Assembly (NCBI GenBank): GCA_964304625.1
Contig: OZ199839.1
Location: 1,986,093-2,050,092 of the forward strand
From: Kudoa neothunni
Taxonomy: Eukaryota; Animalia; Cnidaria
Length of the DNA: 64,000 nucleotides
Reading direction: 5' to 3'
Part shown: positions 13,720 through 27,674 of the stretch, one piece after another
Layout: each line of letters opens with the position of its first letter
Numbering within the stretch: the first letter of the stretch is position 1
Notes under the pieces: model-generated
What the model saw: only the letters and a program-made list of their open reading frames with translations
Told to the model about the DNA's origin: nothing
Database searches by the model: none
Position numbers and translations under genes: made by a program

Positions 13720-15311
13720 ATGTTGATGCGTTATTTTTTCTTGGATGGAATTCGTAGACTAACAACTAGTCAATCGAAAAAAATACTTACAACAAATAGG
13801 CAAAAATTATCTAACATATTTTTTTATTGGATATATTTTTAGTGATAGACGCTATGCATTTCTTAGAAGAGTTCCTCTAGTGGATAGATTTAAAACGGAG
13901 ACTATTATAAAATCTGAATTCCATCCAAAATTTCTTTTCACATCTATATATGTTGACGACTGTGATATGTTTATTGAAATGGAACGCGAAAATTATAATC
14001 AGCTTAATTTTTGGCATAAATGTATTTGATATTTGATGGATTTTTGTGTTGGAAATCTGTAATTATTTAGCGCTTCCATATAAACAACACGAATTAGAGC
14101 AGATCTCGCATATGAATGGATAGTAAATGGGTGTGTTTAGGTCGGAAATTGAATAGGAATTGAATTTAGTTACATTAAAACCAATATATTTATCCGATTG
14201 GATACTCCGTTTGAGGCGAAATGCCCAACAATAAATACCAAATTTGTGAAAGTGGTCCCCTTTCTTCTTGGTTTCTATAACGTTCGAACGGATGAACCGG
14301 ATCGAATCACCGAAATAATCGATAATTTTAACGATGGGAAGTTTTATTCTGGTAATCATTTAAGCACAATAAGGTTCAATTTTCTTATTTGGCTGAATGC
14401 ACTAGATTCGGAGAGCGGGTTTCTATTGACGTCTCAAGTGCCTTTGTAAGTGTGATTGCGACCCATTGATTTCTAGGGGACATTATTATTTCTAGTCGAT
14501 TCTCGTTTCACACTGAGAAACTCACGGTTCATGGAAAAAGTTTAGACGTTCGGCTGAAAGCAGTTGAAAAAAATAATTGGAATCTACTCTACCTCACATC
14601 AAACAAAAATCCCATAATTCTTCCGACAACATCAACCTCGTTTAAACAATGTTTAAACTATCATGATGAGGTCAATAATATTTATTGTACTCCAGTTACA
14701 GTAAGTAACGTGTTCAGACGATGTCAAAACAATCATCACATTATCAACCCAATTGGAGACAATAAATATGTTATTGGTCCTATGCACGACATTAAAAAGT
14801 CACCATTGGCGTTGTCGGATTTTTCTGATTTAACAACAGCTCAGTTTAAGTCAAAAATGAACCGAATGTTTCTATCTGCTAGCAAAAATATTCAACGTAA
14901 GGGTTTTGCTTTAAAACGACCGCTTCTACTCGCTCAAATACCTCAACAATGTGTTCATGATGGATTTCTACAATCGTCTGGAATGAATGATTTAGATTGT
15001 CGATCGCTTGATATGCCTAATACGAAATTTTTATACTCAAACGAAATTCGGCTGAGATTCCCCGTTAAACGAGTCAACCAGCTACTCACTCTGCTTAATA
15101 TTCCGATAGAGCAGGTCAAATTAATTGAAAATCGCAAAGAGAATATTTGCATATATGCGCAAAGCTATGAACAATTTGAGACTTTGTGTCTTCAATTGAA
15201 TGGTCTAGGTATTTGATTATTTGTTTATTCTTTGACTTCAAATTAGATTCGTCATTTCCAAGGATATATCCTGAATGGGTGGATTACAGGAATAACTTCT
15301 GCTATGAGTAA
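13720..15311 (+). CDS. Orphan multi-exon protein with possible mitochondrial presequence and degenerate RRM-like segments
   Basis: MLMRYFFLDGIRRLTT... is joined through a 43-nt GC-AG intron (13800-13842) to DRRYAFLRRVPL. Further short introns link ORFs 14198-14449 and 14710-15216. Junctions near 14130 and 14670 are not fully resolved. Confidence 0.65.
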
Positions 15312-16612
15312 TTTAAATCATAGCTAATTTACCTGCACACCAATAAATTAAATCATACTTTTCCTGCAATAAAAAACTTAGTCATGTGACGCAAACAGTT
15401 CTATATCATTTATTTCCACATTTTTAGCAATAACAAATATTAATTTTTATATTCAAAATCCGAATGTATCTATTATTATTTTTTTAATATAAACTTGGAA
15501 TTAACTTATTGTTCTGTTCAATACAAGATTGGTTAATCGTAATTTTATTATAGTCCATAAATGTTAAACGGCGACGGATCAGCCGCTTATTTCAATTCGG
15601 AAACATGATAAAAAATTCAAATTGGAATGAATAAACTTAACCACCAGTTTGTACCACATTTTTTGTAATATTTACCTATTATCCTTAATCATTTTCTTTA
15701 TGGAATCAAATATTTTATTTCAAACAGACAATTGAAAAATAAATAATATCTCTCTTGAGTGTTATTCTTTATGAAATTAAAGCGCATCTTTAGAAATGTT
15801 CTATCATTATGAAAAGTAGAGAATAATACTCACATATTTTTATAGTTTTTCGTTATCGTTGTAATCCCGTCAGTGCATAAACACATACGCTCAATTTACT
15901 TCTCTTACAGTTGTGTCAAAGATTCTTTAGTTTTATTATTATATAAACTATATTTTATAGAATCGGATGTTTTTAATGGTCATAAATTCATTTTTTATCC
16001 ACGATCATCGTTATATTTTACGTTTGTGGTTAATGTTCTCTGAAATTCTTGTTTAGTGGGTTTTTTAGAATATTTGAATGTATAAAAATATCTATTTAAC
16101 TTTGAAAATTAAATCATTCTAGGATAGTTTTGAGGTTATATATTTGTTTTCAATTTTGAAATCTTTAATTATTTAAATCAAATAATATTTTATACAATTA
16201 GATAGAAACATTTATCGCGTGTATTTTTGTATTATTTTGTGTAGATAAATAGAAAGGTATTGAATGAAATATTAATTTGTTTTATATCGACAGTTTTGCT
16301 GAATGTAACTTCAAATAGATTATTGTTATACATATGCAATTATCATTAGCCAATGAATTTTTAATCTTACATTTTATTTAAATGCATTCGTTCCTATGAT
16401 GTTATATTGCTATATCATAAGTAAGATGCACGTTGATGAGAGAGTCATTCGGAAACCTTGTCGCCTCTGTGTAAAAAGGCGTATTGTAAACAAAAACGAC
16501 GATCTTAATGTTTTGTGTTTGAGTTTGAATACTTAGTTAATTCCACCTTGTTACTGTATAATCTTAAACACATTTTGAACAATATTTTAATATTAAATTA
16601 ATTTGTTGGATC

Positions 16613-17608
16613 ATGGATTCTGCAATTACTATAACATCCGATTGTAATAATTATCTCTAGATTATTTGAGTGTTGGGTAAATCGACACATAATAAGAGTG
16701 GTATTTCGCTGTTCGCTCGACAGAGCACGGTTGGAAAAGGTGTTTGATTGCATCAATTTTACAATTGTTCACCAACATCCGTACTCCTATGACTCAGAGA
16801 GCAACCATTGGGTGATGTATTTGCTTTTTGACGATCCCACCGAAGCCATCAAGTGTATTTTTAAGAATGGTTTCGCTGGTTTTCGAGTAGACATGTTTTC
16901 GATTTTTAATTCAATGTATTTGTCCATTTTTTTCATCTGTCTAATAATATAAACCTACGTAGCAAACCGCCCTATCCAAATCAGTTTCGTTTATCAAATC
17001 TTCCTGAAAACACAAAATGTGGTGATATTCTTGAATGGCTTAACAACATTGGGATACATTGCATTGTGAAAGAGAAAGACAACACTTTTGTTATAAACGT
17101 GCGCCATCCCAGCGACATTCATCGATTGAAGCAGTATCATTTCAAAAAGTTTCCTCAATCATCTAATCCGGTTTTATTCCAACACACCACTTCGAATTTG
17201 ACTAGCTGGTAAAGCAATCAAGGTCTTATCGTTGATAATTAATTTTGTTTAAGTTTCAAGGGGATTTTTAACATTTATGGATTCGATGCGGATAAAACTA
17301 CTTGCAATGATTTGAAAACATGGTTTGGTGAGAATAACTTTACGCTTAGTACAAACCTTGCGAAAAACTGTTTGACAGTTGCAGTTAGCTATCGACTAAC
17401 TACGAAACTTCATTTTAATTCAGGGAAATTAAGTAGGAATTCATTATTTTATGGTGATGATGAACGCCTAAATTTTTCGCATTTAGATTCAAAGGGTTTG
17501 CCTATTTTCGTCGATTTCAGCGATGATTATGTGGATAAATTGATGCGCGGATCCATTAAGACCCTTGACGAATTCGATGGAACTCCCTTTTTTCCATGTA
17601 ACACCTAA
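16613..17608 (+). CDS. Orphan multi-exon protein with degenerate RRM-like repeats; ends uncertain
   Basis: Exon-like blocks 16698-16915, ~16963-17208 ('FRLSNLPENTKCGDILEWL') and ~17260-17597 ('NIYGFDADKTTCNDLKTWFG') separated by short AT-rich introns. Confidence 0.6.
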
Positions 17609-18790
17609 ATGTTTACTGGAACACATGTATACGTACCTATTTGGATTTGGTCGGATAATTTTCCCCTAATTACTCTGGACAACTAAAATGTAGTTTTTGA
17701 TGAATTTTTAGTAGTTATTTTTAAAATTCTCCATTCAAAATTATTTTATTGTAATACCACTTGTGTCTTAGGACAAGGATATTATTGATTTATTCAAATT
17801 TTATACTCTAAACTTTTCATGTTTCTATTATAATCATCTGTTCTTACATGAATTATGTATTCATAGCGTTTTAGAACAATAAGTCTAACGTACTATAATG
17901 AAATAGAAATACACAATATATATTGATTAAATACCTTTAAAGCCAAAATTCTAGGAATAATAATTGAACAATGTTATATTTTGTTTTATCAACACAATAA
18001 ATTATCAATTTATACATATCTTACCGGGTTTAACTTCCAAAACAGGATTGGGAGATATATAGGTCTTATTGAGAAAAAAAACAATGCCGAGTAATCAGCA
18101 AAGCAAAACGTTTTTGGAATCATGTATGTTGAAGGATGTTCTTAGAATCTAATAACAAACATAAGTTAAAATATACACAATAAAATTGTGTTTTTTTTCT
18201 AAATGATATAGCGCATATTTTATGGGACAATCCGGTTTTAGATGTGAAAACCGTTATCATATAAATTCAATATGAGAATAAATTATCAAATATTCTAAGT
18301 GAGGATATTTTTTATAGATATATAGAGTAATATTAAATTGTGTATTGCTTAATCTAATTATTGGAATTATGACGTATGTGAGTTTTGAACATGTTTCGCA
18401 TGAATAAATGTCACACATATTCAGTAAAACTCCTATTATCCAAAAAGCTAGTCCTAATGTTTTTTATGTTCTGATATTGAAAGTTCGGTTAATCGAGAGA
18501 TTTTTGATTAGGATTTACATCAATTTCAAGTAAATATAAAAAAATCGTTCAAACGGCGTGATCTTTAGATAAAGTGGGTCCCATTGTAGATACATTGCAT
18601 ATTTCAGGTGTACATTGAAGCATTGTCGTCAACTAACTTTATTCTCTGTCCTAGCTTTATAAGTATAATGGAGGTTCTTATTAAAATTTTTCTTTGTACT
18701 TTTGAATCAATATAAAAAAATTATAAATATTTGTAAACATATAAAGTTAAACATATTTTTTAACGGATAATTAAGCCAAATAAAGAAATT

Positions 18791-19424
18791 CAATGGAACC
18801 TGGATTATTTGGAAGATATTTAAAATTTTCTTTGGATTTTTTTGAAATTACGTGTCGATAAATGTTCGATTATCCTGAATCTCGGTGACTGGGAACCGGA
18901 ACAATTATTCAATCCTAATTCAGCATAAAGGTACCACCAATCCCTCAACGACATATGCAATGTAGCATATACAGCAGTGTAACATTTAAAACAGAAATAT
19001 TTCTAGATTAATTATTTATACATTTTTTTAACTTACGTTAAGCATTCAGTTCTTATATAAATTTGTACGATATCTGAACATATGGCCGTATGTATTTTAA
19101 ACATAAATTAATGACCGATTATTTAAATAAGTATATTGCTCCTCTGTAGACGTGTTTTTCTCCCGTAATTATATACTGTTTTTCCTTTAAATCTCTGTAT
19201 CCTTAGTTAATAGATGTGTCAATATTTTAATTTTAATTTCAGAAGTTAAGTTATTTTACTTAACATATAGTATAATCGTTTATAAATCAGGTAGACAATC
19301 AAAATAAGCAATAATTTCCAATAAGTGCGCGCGCATGTTATCGTTTATTTCGATTAACCGGAGCCTCGCTATCCGGGAAAAAAATCGCGGGTCCTAAATG
19401 CTCCGAATGATCGAGGTTCAACTG
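18791..19424. mobile_element. pogo/Tigger-like MITE, copy 2 (uninterrupted, ~630 bp)
   Basis: TIR CAATGGAACCTGGATTATTTGGA / TCCGAATGATCGAGGTTCAACTG|TA. Colinear with copies 1 and 3. Confidence 0.85.
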
Positions 19425-20055
19425 TATTAAAAGGGGGAAGTCCTCGTATGTTGCATATTCAATTTGTGGCGTTTCAAAATATATCTCGACGTTTAAATTT
19501 AAATTAGGATGTGGCTATTAGCACGGTAATTAATATTTGGACGTTGTTAGTTCTGACTATAATTATTTCTATCCATTAAGAACTAACCGTTGGTTTAGAA
19601 AAAAATTAAATCTAGCTGATTCTAACAAATGAATTCTGTTTAAAGCATGTGAGTGAGAGCTGCTGTGACTAAAAATTTCGAATACGCATGCACATGCGCA
19701 CGTTTAGGATTAAAATTTATCATGCCAATAGCCTCTGCCTTAAAATTACTTATATACAAATATAAAAAATTAATGATAATTTTTGAATATGATATTATCA
19801 GCTATAATGAAACAGATTTCTACGTCGGTATTATATTCTTATTAAATTTTCATGTAAATAAAAGTTTAACCGCCCAATATTCAATTTTTCAATGTATTTA
19901 TATTTCTAATAGGTTAAAAATAATTTTTGTATATAAGTAAATAAGATGTTTATTGTGTAATACTCGAAAAGTTTAATTTTAAAGAGTTTGAATTGAATAT
20001 TAACTTTTAATAGTGGGAAAAGTTGAATAACGATAGAAAATAATTGTTGAATTAA

Positions 20056-21088
20056 CCCTCTAAGGAGTTTTAGGGTTCAATGGACTCCACGACTTTTTAT
20101 GGTCGTTATGCTTTAAAAATCAACAACGATTTAGCTATACAAGTGTTAATCAATTTAGTCACATAAAAATATAGAAATGTATGTAATATAATCAATAAAT
20201 TAATGCTCATTTTTCGTAAGAATTTAATTATTTGCATGTGACCGTTTATTAAAATAGATATGGTAAACTTTTATTCACACATAAAAAATAAATTTATTGA
20301 ATCATAAAAAATAGAAATAATCAATTTTAATATATTTAATAAGTAAATTCAGTCCTCTCTGAAATGGAATCTTCCAAAAATTGATATATTTGATTATTTA
20401 CTCACAAATTGTTTGTGAAAAGTGCGAAAAGCAATCTAACATGCTTTTAACGTGCTGCGTACCATAGGAAGTAGCGCCAGACGGTTTTGTCATGGAATTT
20501 CCTACACCGATTCTTGATGTTATCGGTTTACTAGAACCCCACATAATACAGCTTTTTTCTGATTATTGAGTCTTCAGTATTTCCAAATTCCACCGACTCA
20601 GTGGATGTTTCAGTTGATTCCGTACAGTTTCCTTCAAATTCACTTCTAAAGATTACAATTCAATAAGGCATTCATCAATTTCACTCATTTTTTTGCAGAC
20701 ACAGATGGTTTTGTGGCATTATTTGTACAGAGTAACAATATGCGCTTGAATAATAATTTTGAATATTCAATTGAATATTTTTACCAAAAAATCTTAATTA
20801 TTTAGTTATTTCACTTGAATTGTTTATTTCTCAAAAATTTAAGATTATCCAGCAGCGGTTTTTTATAGTGATTACTCGCGATCCAGCCCGGCACAGTACC
20901 GATGAGGTTCTAATGGATTTATTACACAAATGTTCGGCTCTTACCTTCTAATTTAGTTGACATAAGTTTTTTAAACTGAATAAAATGGTATGTTCATATT
21001 TATTGAGTTAATTCATCAAATAAAAAACTGGGGTCTTTTGGACCACAAAAGTCCTTGGAGGGTGGTCGTTTTCGCTGATCTTGGAGAG
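20056..21088. mobile_element. Non-autonomous piggyBac element
   Basis: TTAA|CCCTCTAAGG ... CTTGGAGAG|TTAA. Subterminal GGGTTCAATGGACTCC / GGGGTCTTTTGGACCAC palindromes. Confidence 0.75.
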
Positions 21089-22246
21089 TTAAAAAATAGG
21101 AGGAAATTAGAATATTCAATGTTATTGTAACCCGCTGCTAATTGCAAGTGTATAGGATTATGCTCAATGAGGGATTCTTAATATTTTGAAGTTATTCGTC
21201 CTTATTGAATCTTTTCTTTGTATATTTCTTATTTTAATTATAAAATTTTCAAAAAAGGAAAATTAACGTAAAAGATGATTTTCAAGTTGCATGCATACCT
21301 TCATTATCTATATATTTCCATCAAAAATAGTAGTTTAAGTCTAATAAAAATTCAAAATTTGAAAGCAATAGCGAGTTCCGTAACTTGTAATCGTTTAATT
21401 TACATCCATTTTAACCTTAATATTTTGCTTAACATTATACACATAACGCCGGGAACAGCTATTATTACCTTAAAAGTTGCATGCGGCTCGCGAGACACGA
21501 GTTGCCGAACCCTGTCCTAGACCGTGAAATTAGCTAGTATTAATAGAGGATCAATTAATTCATCAAAAAATAATGTCTACATTGGGCATAAACATAGATT
21601 AAATGTTTTCTTAATTGTTATCAACTTTTATTTTCAAGTTTCCATGCAAGTAATCGTACATTGAGCCGACTACACGTTATAGGATTAGTATTAAGTAGTT
21701 ACTAATGGAAAATATCTAATAAGAGTATGGTTCTGTAGATAAGACTTGGATTATATGAGTGTATAAATAATTAATTGTTTTATATTTCCTACTTGTTTGG
21801 CGTGTTCCGCCACAAATTTATGAACAAATTAGCAGTGAATTTGAGTGTGACACCTTGAATAACACAGCTAAACACGGCGTGTATTTTCTTTGAAACCAAA
21901 AGATTTAATAGATATTAACTTAATTCAATTCAATCACCTAAAAGGATAATCACGTTGGACTGTATTAATATCTATATACATATGTATAGGCTATTCTCTC
22001 GTGTTAATACACAATAGCATTCATATGGATAAGAACTAGCTAACCAACGTATATGATATAATATATTATTTTAGAATTGAAGCAATAAATTAATGATTAG
22101 TTATAACAGCTTAGAATGACGAATTTAAGCTAGACGATGCGGGGATGATACAGAGACGAGGGATCACGCCCAGATTAATGAAGCTTAATGAATTTCGCCA
22201 GATATCGACAATTCACAGTAACTGGAGGCGTTGAGTGAGTGGTGCA

Positions 22247-23992
22247 ATGTCTAAGCCAGTCTATTTGATACTTGGAGGTTTAAGAATAGTTTGATTCATA
22301 TCTAATATATGTGGTAGGGGTTGGTTTTACCGGAAGAAATATTGTTGAACAATTGATTGATAATGATTTGGCAGAACTTATCATAGTGGTGGATAAATTA
22401 AGACCTGAATTGAGTTGGTTGACTGGCAATCATAAGGTTGATTATTTATTTAACAATGTCATCCACAACAATAAATTGACATTGGCTGATCTCCAATACC
22501 GATTTTCCATTATTGTGTCTCTGCTTATGTGTATTAAATATAGCAATGTTTCCAGAACGAAAAAGTGATATTCAAACAGAAAAATACATCCAATCCAGGT
22601 ATATTAATCGACTCGCCATAAGTTTTGACATAACAAAAGCCACAATTCGAGAAATTTTGGATTCGCATAAGATTGATTATGTGATCAATTGTGTGACTGA
22701 AAGTCGTAATGGAATGAATCCAGAGGTATGTACATTGTGTATATGTGTATCAAATTAGCAATAATACTTGAGATGATCAATGCAATTAATTTTTGGTTTG
22801 TTGTTAGGTGTATGATCAATGCATTTTCAAGTCTGGAGTTGCATGTGCCCAAGAAGTAGCAAAAACACCGTCTGTTAAGCGATTCGTTCAATTATCCACA
22901 GGAGAGGTGTACTCTTCTAGTAAGGTAGCTAGCGTGAACGTGTGTGTTATGATTTGATGGTGATCCGATTGGGGTATTGACTTGTTTATTATGTAGGAGG
23001 CTAAGGGTGAAAATGGTAAAATAGGACCATGGACTAAATCAGCTCAATCGTTTCTATCATTGGAAAAAGAACTTGCCTCCATACCTAAGTATAATTGTTG
23101 GAATTTGATTTTATATTTATACTGATTGTTTGTAGTTTGAATTATGTTATTATAAGAACTGCTTTCGCATATGGAATAGGTGATAGAATTAAAATAAGTA
23201 ATTATTTGTTTTTACAGTTGGTCGATAAAAATTGTTCACCCTCATATTTATTTAGCACCAAGAATTATTATTACTTCTGTATATAAAATTCTAAATGAAA
23301 CTATGAGTGTATTTTGATTGGCAGACAACAATTCATGGTAAATGTTTTCAACTTTTAGTTGCTCTGGAATAAAGGCCTTATAATGAACACAGTACATGTG
23401 AGAGATGTCGCTAGAGCAGCACTTTTTCTATGTGATCACGGTGACAGTGGTTCAGTATTTAATGTTGTTGATAAAGCGAAAACGAGTATTTTTACCATCG
23501 TCATTATCTATCAACTATTTGTGTAACTTTTGTTGTTATCATTAGCCCAGGGATCTCTTACCGCAACCATCTGCGAAATCTATCCAGTCAAGTACTCGTT
23601 CGTTGGAAAGATCGAGTCGGCCGTTGTCTTCAAGCTTGATATTGGCAATGTTTGTGAAGAAATCAACTCCAAACACACCGTTCCTTGGTTCGATGCCTGC
23701 CAAAAAGAATCCATCGATGCAACTCCACTCAGCCCTTACATCCATAAAGTATTTATTAGGTTGGCTCTACGTTTGGTTAGATTCCCTAGGAACTACTGAA
23801 CTATAATCATCTTTCAATGGATGGTTCAAAAATTGAATCACTTGGATTCACCTACCAGTATCCTAATCTCACCAAAGAACTTTTGAGAGAAGTACGTTTG
23901 ATGGCGATTACATCATTATATAAAAATTCGAAATATAGATTATTGATGATTTACACAAGAACAAAATGTTACCCGAAAAGTGCATGCCTTGA
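22247..23992 (+). CDS. NAD-dependent epimerase/dehydratase (extended SDR) family protein, ~11 exons, intact
   Basis: Spliced product MSKPVYLILGGVGFTGRNIV (GxxGxxG Rossmann motif), 'DYVINC', 'RFVQLSTGEVY', 'PWT', 'IIRTAFAYGIGD', 'MNTVHVRDVARA', 'FNVVD', 'DGSKIESLGFTYQYP'. All introns are GT-AG. Confidence 0.92.
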
Positions 23993-24951
23993 GATGCTGA
24001 CACGTGATGTGGTGATATATTGATTGGATTTTTGGTTATTTCTATGATTAACTTTTCTGATTTTCAGGATAAATTTTTTCTTTATTTGGAATTAATTTTG
24101 ATTATTTTGTTTGCCAAAGTTATAACATTAACAGATATTGTTATTCCGCTAAAATATGCTCTTTATTCTGCTGACCACAATCAATGACGAAAATCAAGTT
24201 ACAATCAATTAATAGAAAAAACACTATTGGTTTGCTTGTTTAATTGATATGATTAGTTACGATAAGCTTATTTAATTGAAGTTATTGCCCCGTTTCATCA
24301 ATGGAATTAGATTCTAAGTTTATAGCATTAATTCGTTATGATAGTAGTTCTTAGCCTTATCGATGTCTTTGAGCCTTGGCTAATTGATGATTGCAAATTT
24401 AAAGAGGTAAACTCATATACACTTATATTTTTATAACTGTTAATCTTCCGAGCATCTTTTGCATCGATTTCATCGCGATTCATTTTTCTATTTGTTTTGT
24501 ATATACAGTCGAACCTCGATTATCCGGAATCTCGGTAACCGAAACAACTATTTAATCATATTTCCGGATAAAAGTAGCACCCATCATCGAACGACATATA
24601 CAATGTAGCGTATATACCAGGGGTGGGCAGACTTGCCTAGATCGGGAGCCAATTTTCAGGTTGACCAGATTTTCAAGAGCCACAAGGCATTAAAATCATT
24701 TATGTACCTCTTCCTTATTTAAAACTTACGTTATTAGAGTATTTTTGGTAAATACTAAAATAAAATGTAGAATTATAAATAAAGGTTTTATAATTTTTTC
24801 TTATTCAGTGAATCGCTAAAAAACTTACATATAATTTATGTAGGTGATTTATCATGATTTTTCCAAAAAAGTAAATCAGTAATTAATGATCCGAGAAACT
24901 TTTTCTCAATGAAAAAGGTCGCAAAAATAATAAAATATTTTTCGTATTTAA

Positions 24952-27674
24952 TCATCGGAAGGCGGAGCTCCAAAAACTAACACGGGTGATGAAGAGAGTG
25001 CATTATGCACTCCAGAAAATTTTCTTGTTATTGCATTTATGTGTCGAAACACGTCATTTCATATGATTGACAATTATTTTAACATTAAAAAAACACGTAA
25101 AAGTAAAAATAATTTAGCTATATATTCGACAGGAGTATATCTTACACTAAAATAAAACTCCGAATGAACTTTTAGAGGAGTCAACATTCAGCTTCAATTT
25201 TTTTTGCGACTCCAGCAAATTCATCGATTGTTGATTGCCTATTATTCTCGTTAATCTCATAGATGAATATTGAGACTAATTTGGAAAGGATTTCTTTTTC
25301 AATCAAGAAATCACCTTTTAACCTTCTAAGTAATATGGGTAAAATGAGGTAGATTTCTACCCCAAGTGAATTTTTCCAACAATATTATAGCCTAGTAATG
25401 GAACATAACTCCTCTCCCATTTTTGTAATCTTTTATCTTTATAAAAGCTATCTGAAAAATGAGTTGAAATTTTTTTTTCCATATACCAAAAAAGTTAATG
25501 TAAAAACACCTTCCGAATAAAATTATAAAAATGGGGTAGAAATCAACCCCACATTTTTCTTTGATAAAATTATTTAAAATATAGATATATGTCATTTTTA
25601 AAAATTTACGGAAATTCTATCGAGTAAATAATGAAAAAATAACGAAACACCATACATGCGATTCCCATGCGCGTGCGCAAAATCGATGTAAGCATGCCAT
25701 ACTCGTCTGAATTCAACGATAGCTCCGTATTCTCTCATTATTCTAATACTAGTTATTCAAAGTATGGTTTATCTTCCTCAGTTTTCTTCGATCCGCGCTG
25801 TATAGAGCATCAAAAAACATATGAGAAAACTGTTAATCAGTATTCTTAGTTACGTATTGTAGAGAGAACTAAAAAATATATGATCGAATTTTTAACTATT
25901 TTTAATAAGTTTTGTGTTTAAAAGAGAGTTTAAAAACATGTATGGTAACTTTTTTGTGAAATAAGCACTCTTTGCCATCGTTTTGTGTTTTTCTGAGTAA
26001 TATTACACTGCGTTGCTCAAAATAGGATAAATTAATTGGCAGCTGTTATGAAACTTGATTTAAATATTAAAACTAAAAAGCGCATAAATACACCTATAAA
26101 TACAATCATTCTCCAAAGAAACGTAACAACATTAATGTATGCGCGTGTATATATAAAATATAACTTGAATCATTGGCCATTTGTTCAAAACTTACTCGAT
26201 GAATTTTCCTCATATTTTGTCAGTCACTGCTGACGTTTATTTGGAGGTTGTCAATTTTTCAGCTACTTAGAAGGTTAAATATACTTTTAAATTTTATAGT
26301 TGGATAATAAAAAATATTCACTAATGAGAAATAGTGAAGGAAAAATGAAATCAATTACGTGTGTATACGTACACTTAACTGAACGATAGTAATAAAGTAT
26401 TTTTGAGTTATTTGCATTATGACCTCTCACACTATGTTACGTTATTGTTCATTGTTGCTTTATTAGTTAAATTGAGTTTTTAACTCAAAATAAAAAACGC
26501 GCGAATAAATATGTTGATTAAAAAATTTGTATATATTAATTATCATAATTTTGAGTAAAGTATAATTTTTTAGCTTTGTAGGTTTCATCATACTTTCCAT
26601 ATAAATGAATATCTTACATTCAAAGAATGTTTGTCCAAAACGTGGTCCTTAATTTAAAGATATATTGAGTTTAAATTATTTAATGAACATAAGTTTGACT
26701 TCAAATTGAAATTGGGATATTTTAAATTCTTGTTTTAATTTAATGAGAACGACATACAGTTTTTTTGAATATTTAGGGAGAAATTCTGGTCTCTTTGTCA
26801 ATATTCCTTGAACAGTGAGTGTATCTTCATTGTACTAGCTAGGATTAAAATTATTTCTTTGGAAATAGATATTGGGTCGTCCCTCATCTATTTGTTAAAT
26901 AATACAAATTTAATTTTAATATGAGAATAATGAATATCTCCTAAACTTCGACGACTCAAAATATTTGATTTGATGAGTTCCACTCCAAGTTCTCGAAGAA
27001 AATATTGTCACCGATTTCGATCACTTGTTCACCACTCTGGAAATTTTGAGACACATTATACAAGCGTTAAATTCTGGTACATCGGTAAGGTCCATAAACC
27101 TCCTGAAATGACATCTCGTTATACAAACACAACTGTATCGTTGCGCCACTCGATCACCATTGTCAAACCCTTTTTGACTTGATTATAATCGTTAATAATT
27201 TCAGAGTCGGTTTTGTATGATCGCTCAATATTATTATCATAGAAATCTGTTGACGATAGAAGAATATATGTACCCGCAAAACCCAAATAACAAAACTACC
27301 AATTGCGTGTCTTAAATTAATCCAAAAGTAATCTCATCACCCAATGGACTCTGTCGGCTTAAGTTAAAAGTATGATTTATTAAGGTTCTTACGGATTTTA
27401 TTGAGTCACGTTAATGAGCAAAATTAATTTTACATCGTAGAGTAATCATTGCGTATCTTTTTAATGATATTTCAAGCTGATGTTAGTCATCTTTTTAAAA
27501 GAGTTATATAAAGTCAATTTCTTTCAAATTGAATACTCTGAATTTTTTAAATAAAACAGTGAATTATATTGAGAGATTTCGCTGAGTATAAGATAGAGAT
27601 TTAATTTTTAAATGGGGAAATTTTTAAAAATATAAAAATTGGGGTGCATAATGCACCCTTTTGTCACGGGAGGG
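24952..27674. mobile_element. Degenerate piggyBac-type element nested in the hAT
   Basis: Right end GGGGTGCATAATGCACCC...CACGGGAGGG|TTAA. Left end TTAA|TCATCGG... with matching palindrome GAGTGCATTATGCACTCC at ~24996. Confidence 0.6.
25322..26274. mobile_element. piggyBac MITE nested in the 24952-27674 element
   Basis: TTAA|CCTTCTAAGTA ... TACTTAGAAGG|TTAA, a perfect 11-bp TIR. Internal inverted GGTAGATTTCTACCCC / GGGGTAGAAATCAACC. Confidence 0.85.

Noticed and set aside
21478-21520. Orphan hAT-like ends (also near 4440, 31345, 36295, 62620) and a lone piggyBac-like end near 4565
   Set aside because: Partner termini and TSDs could not be identified, so extents are unsupported.
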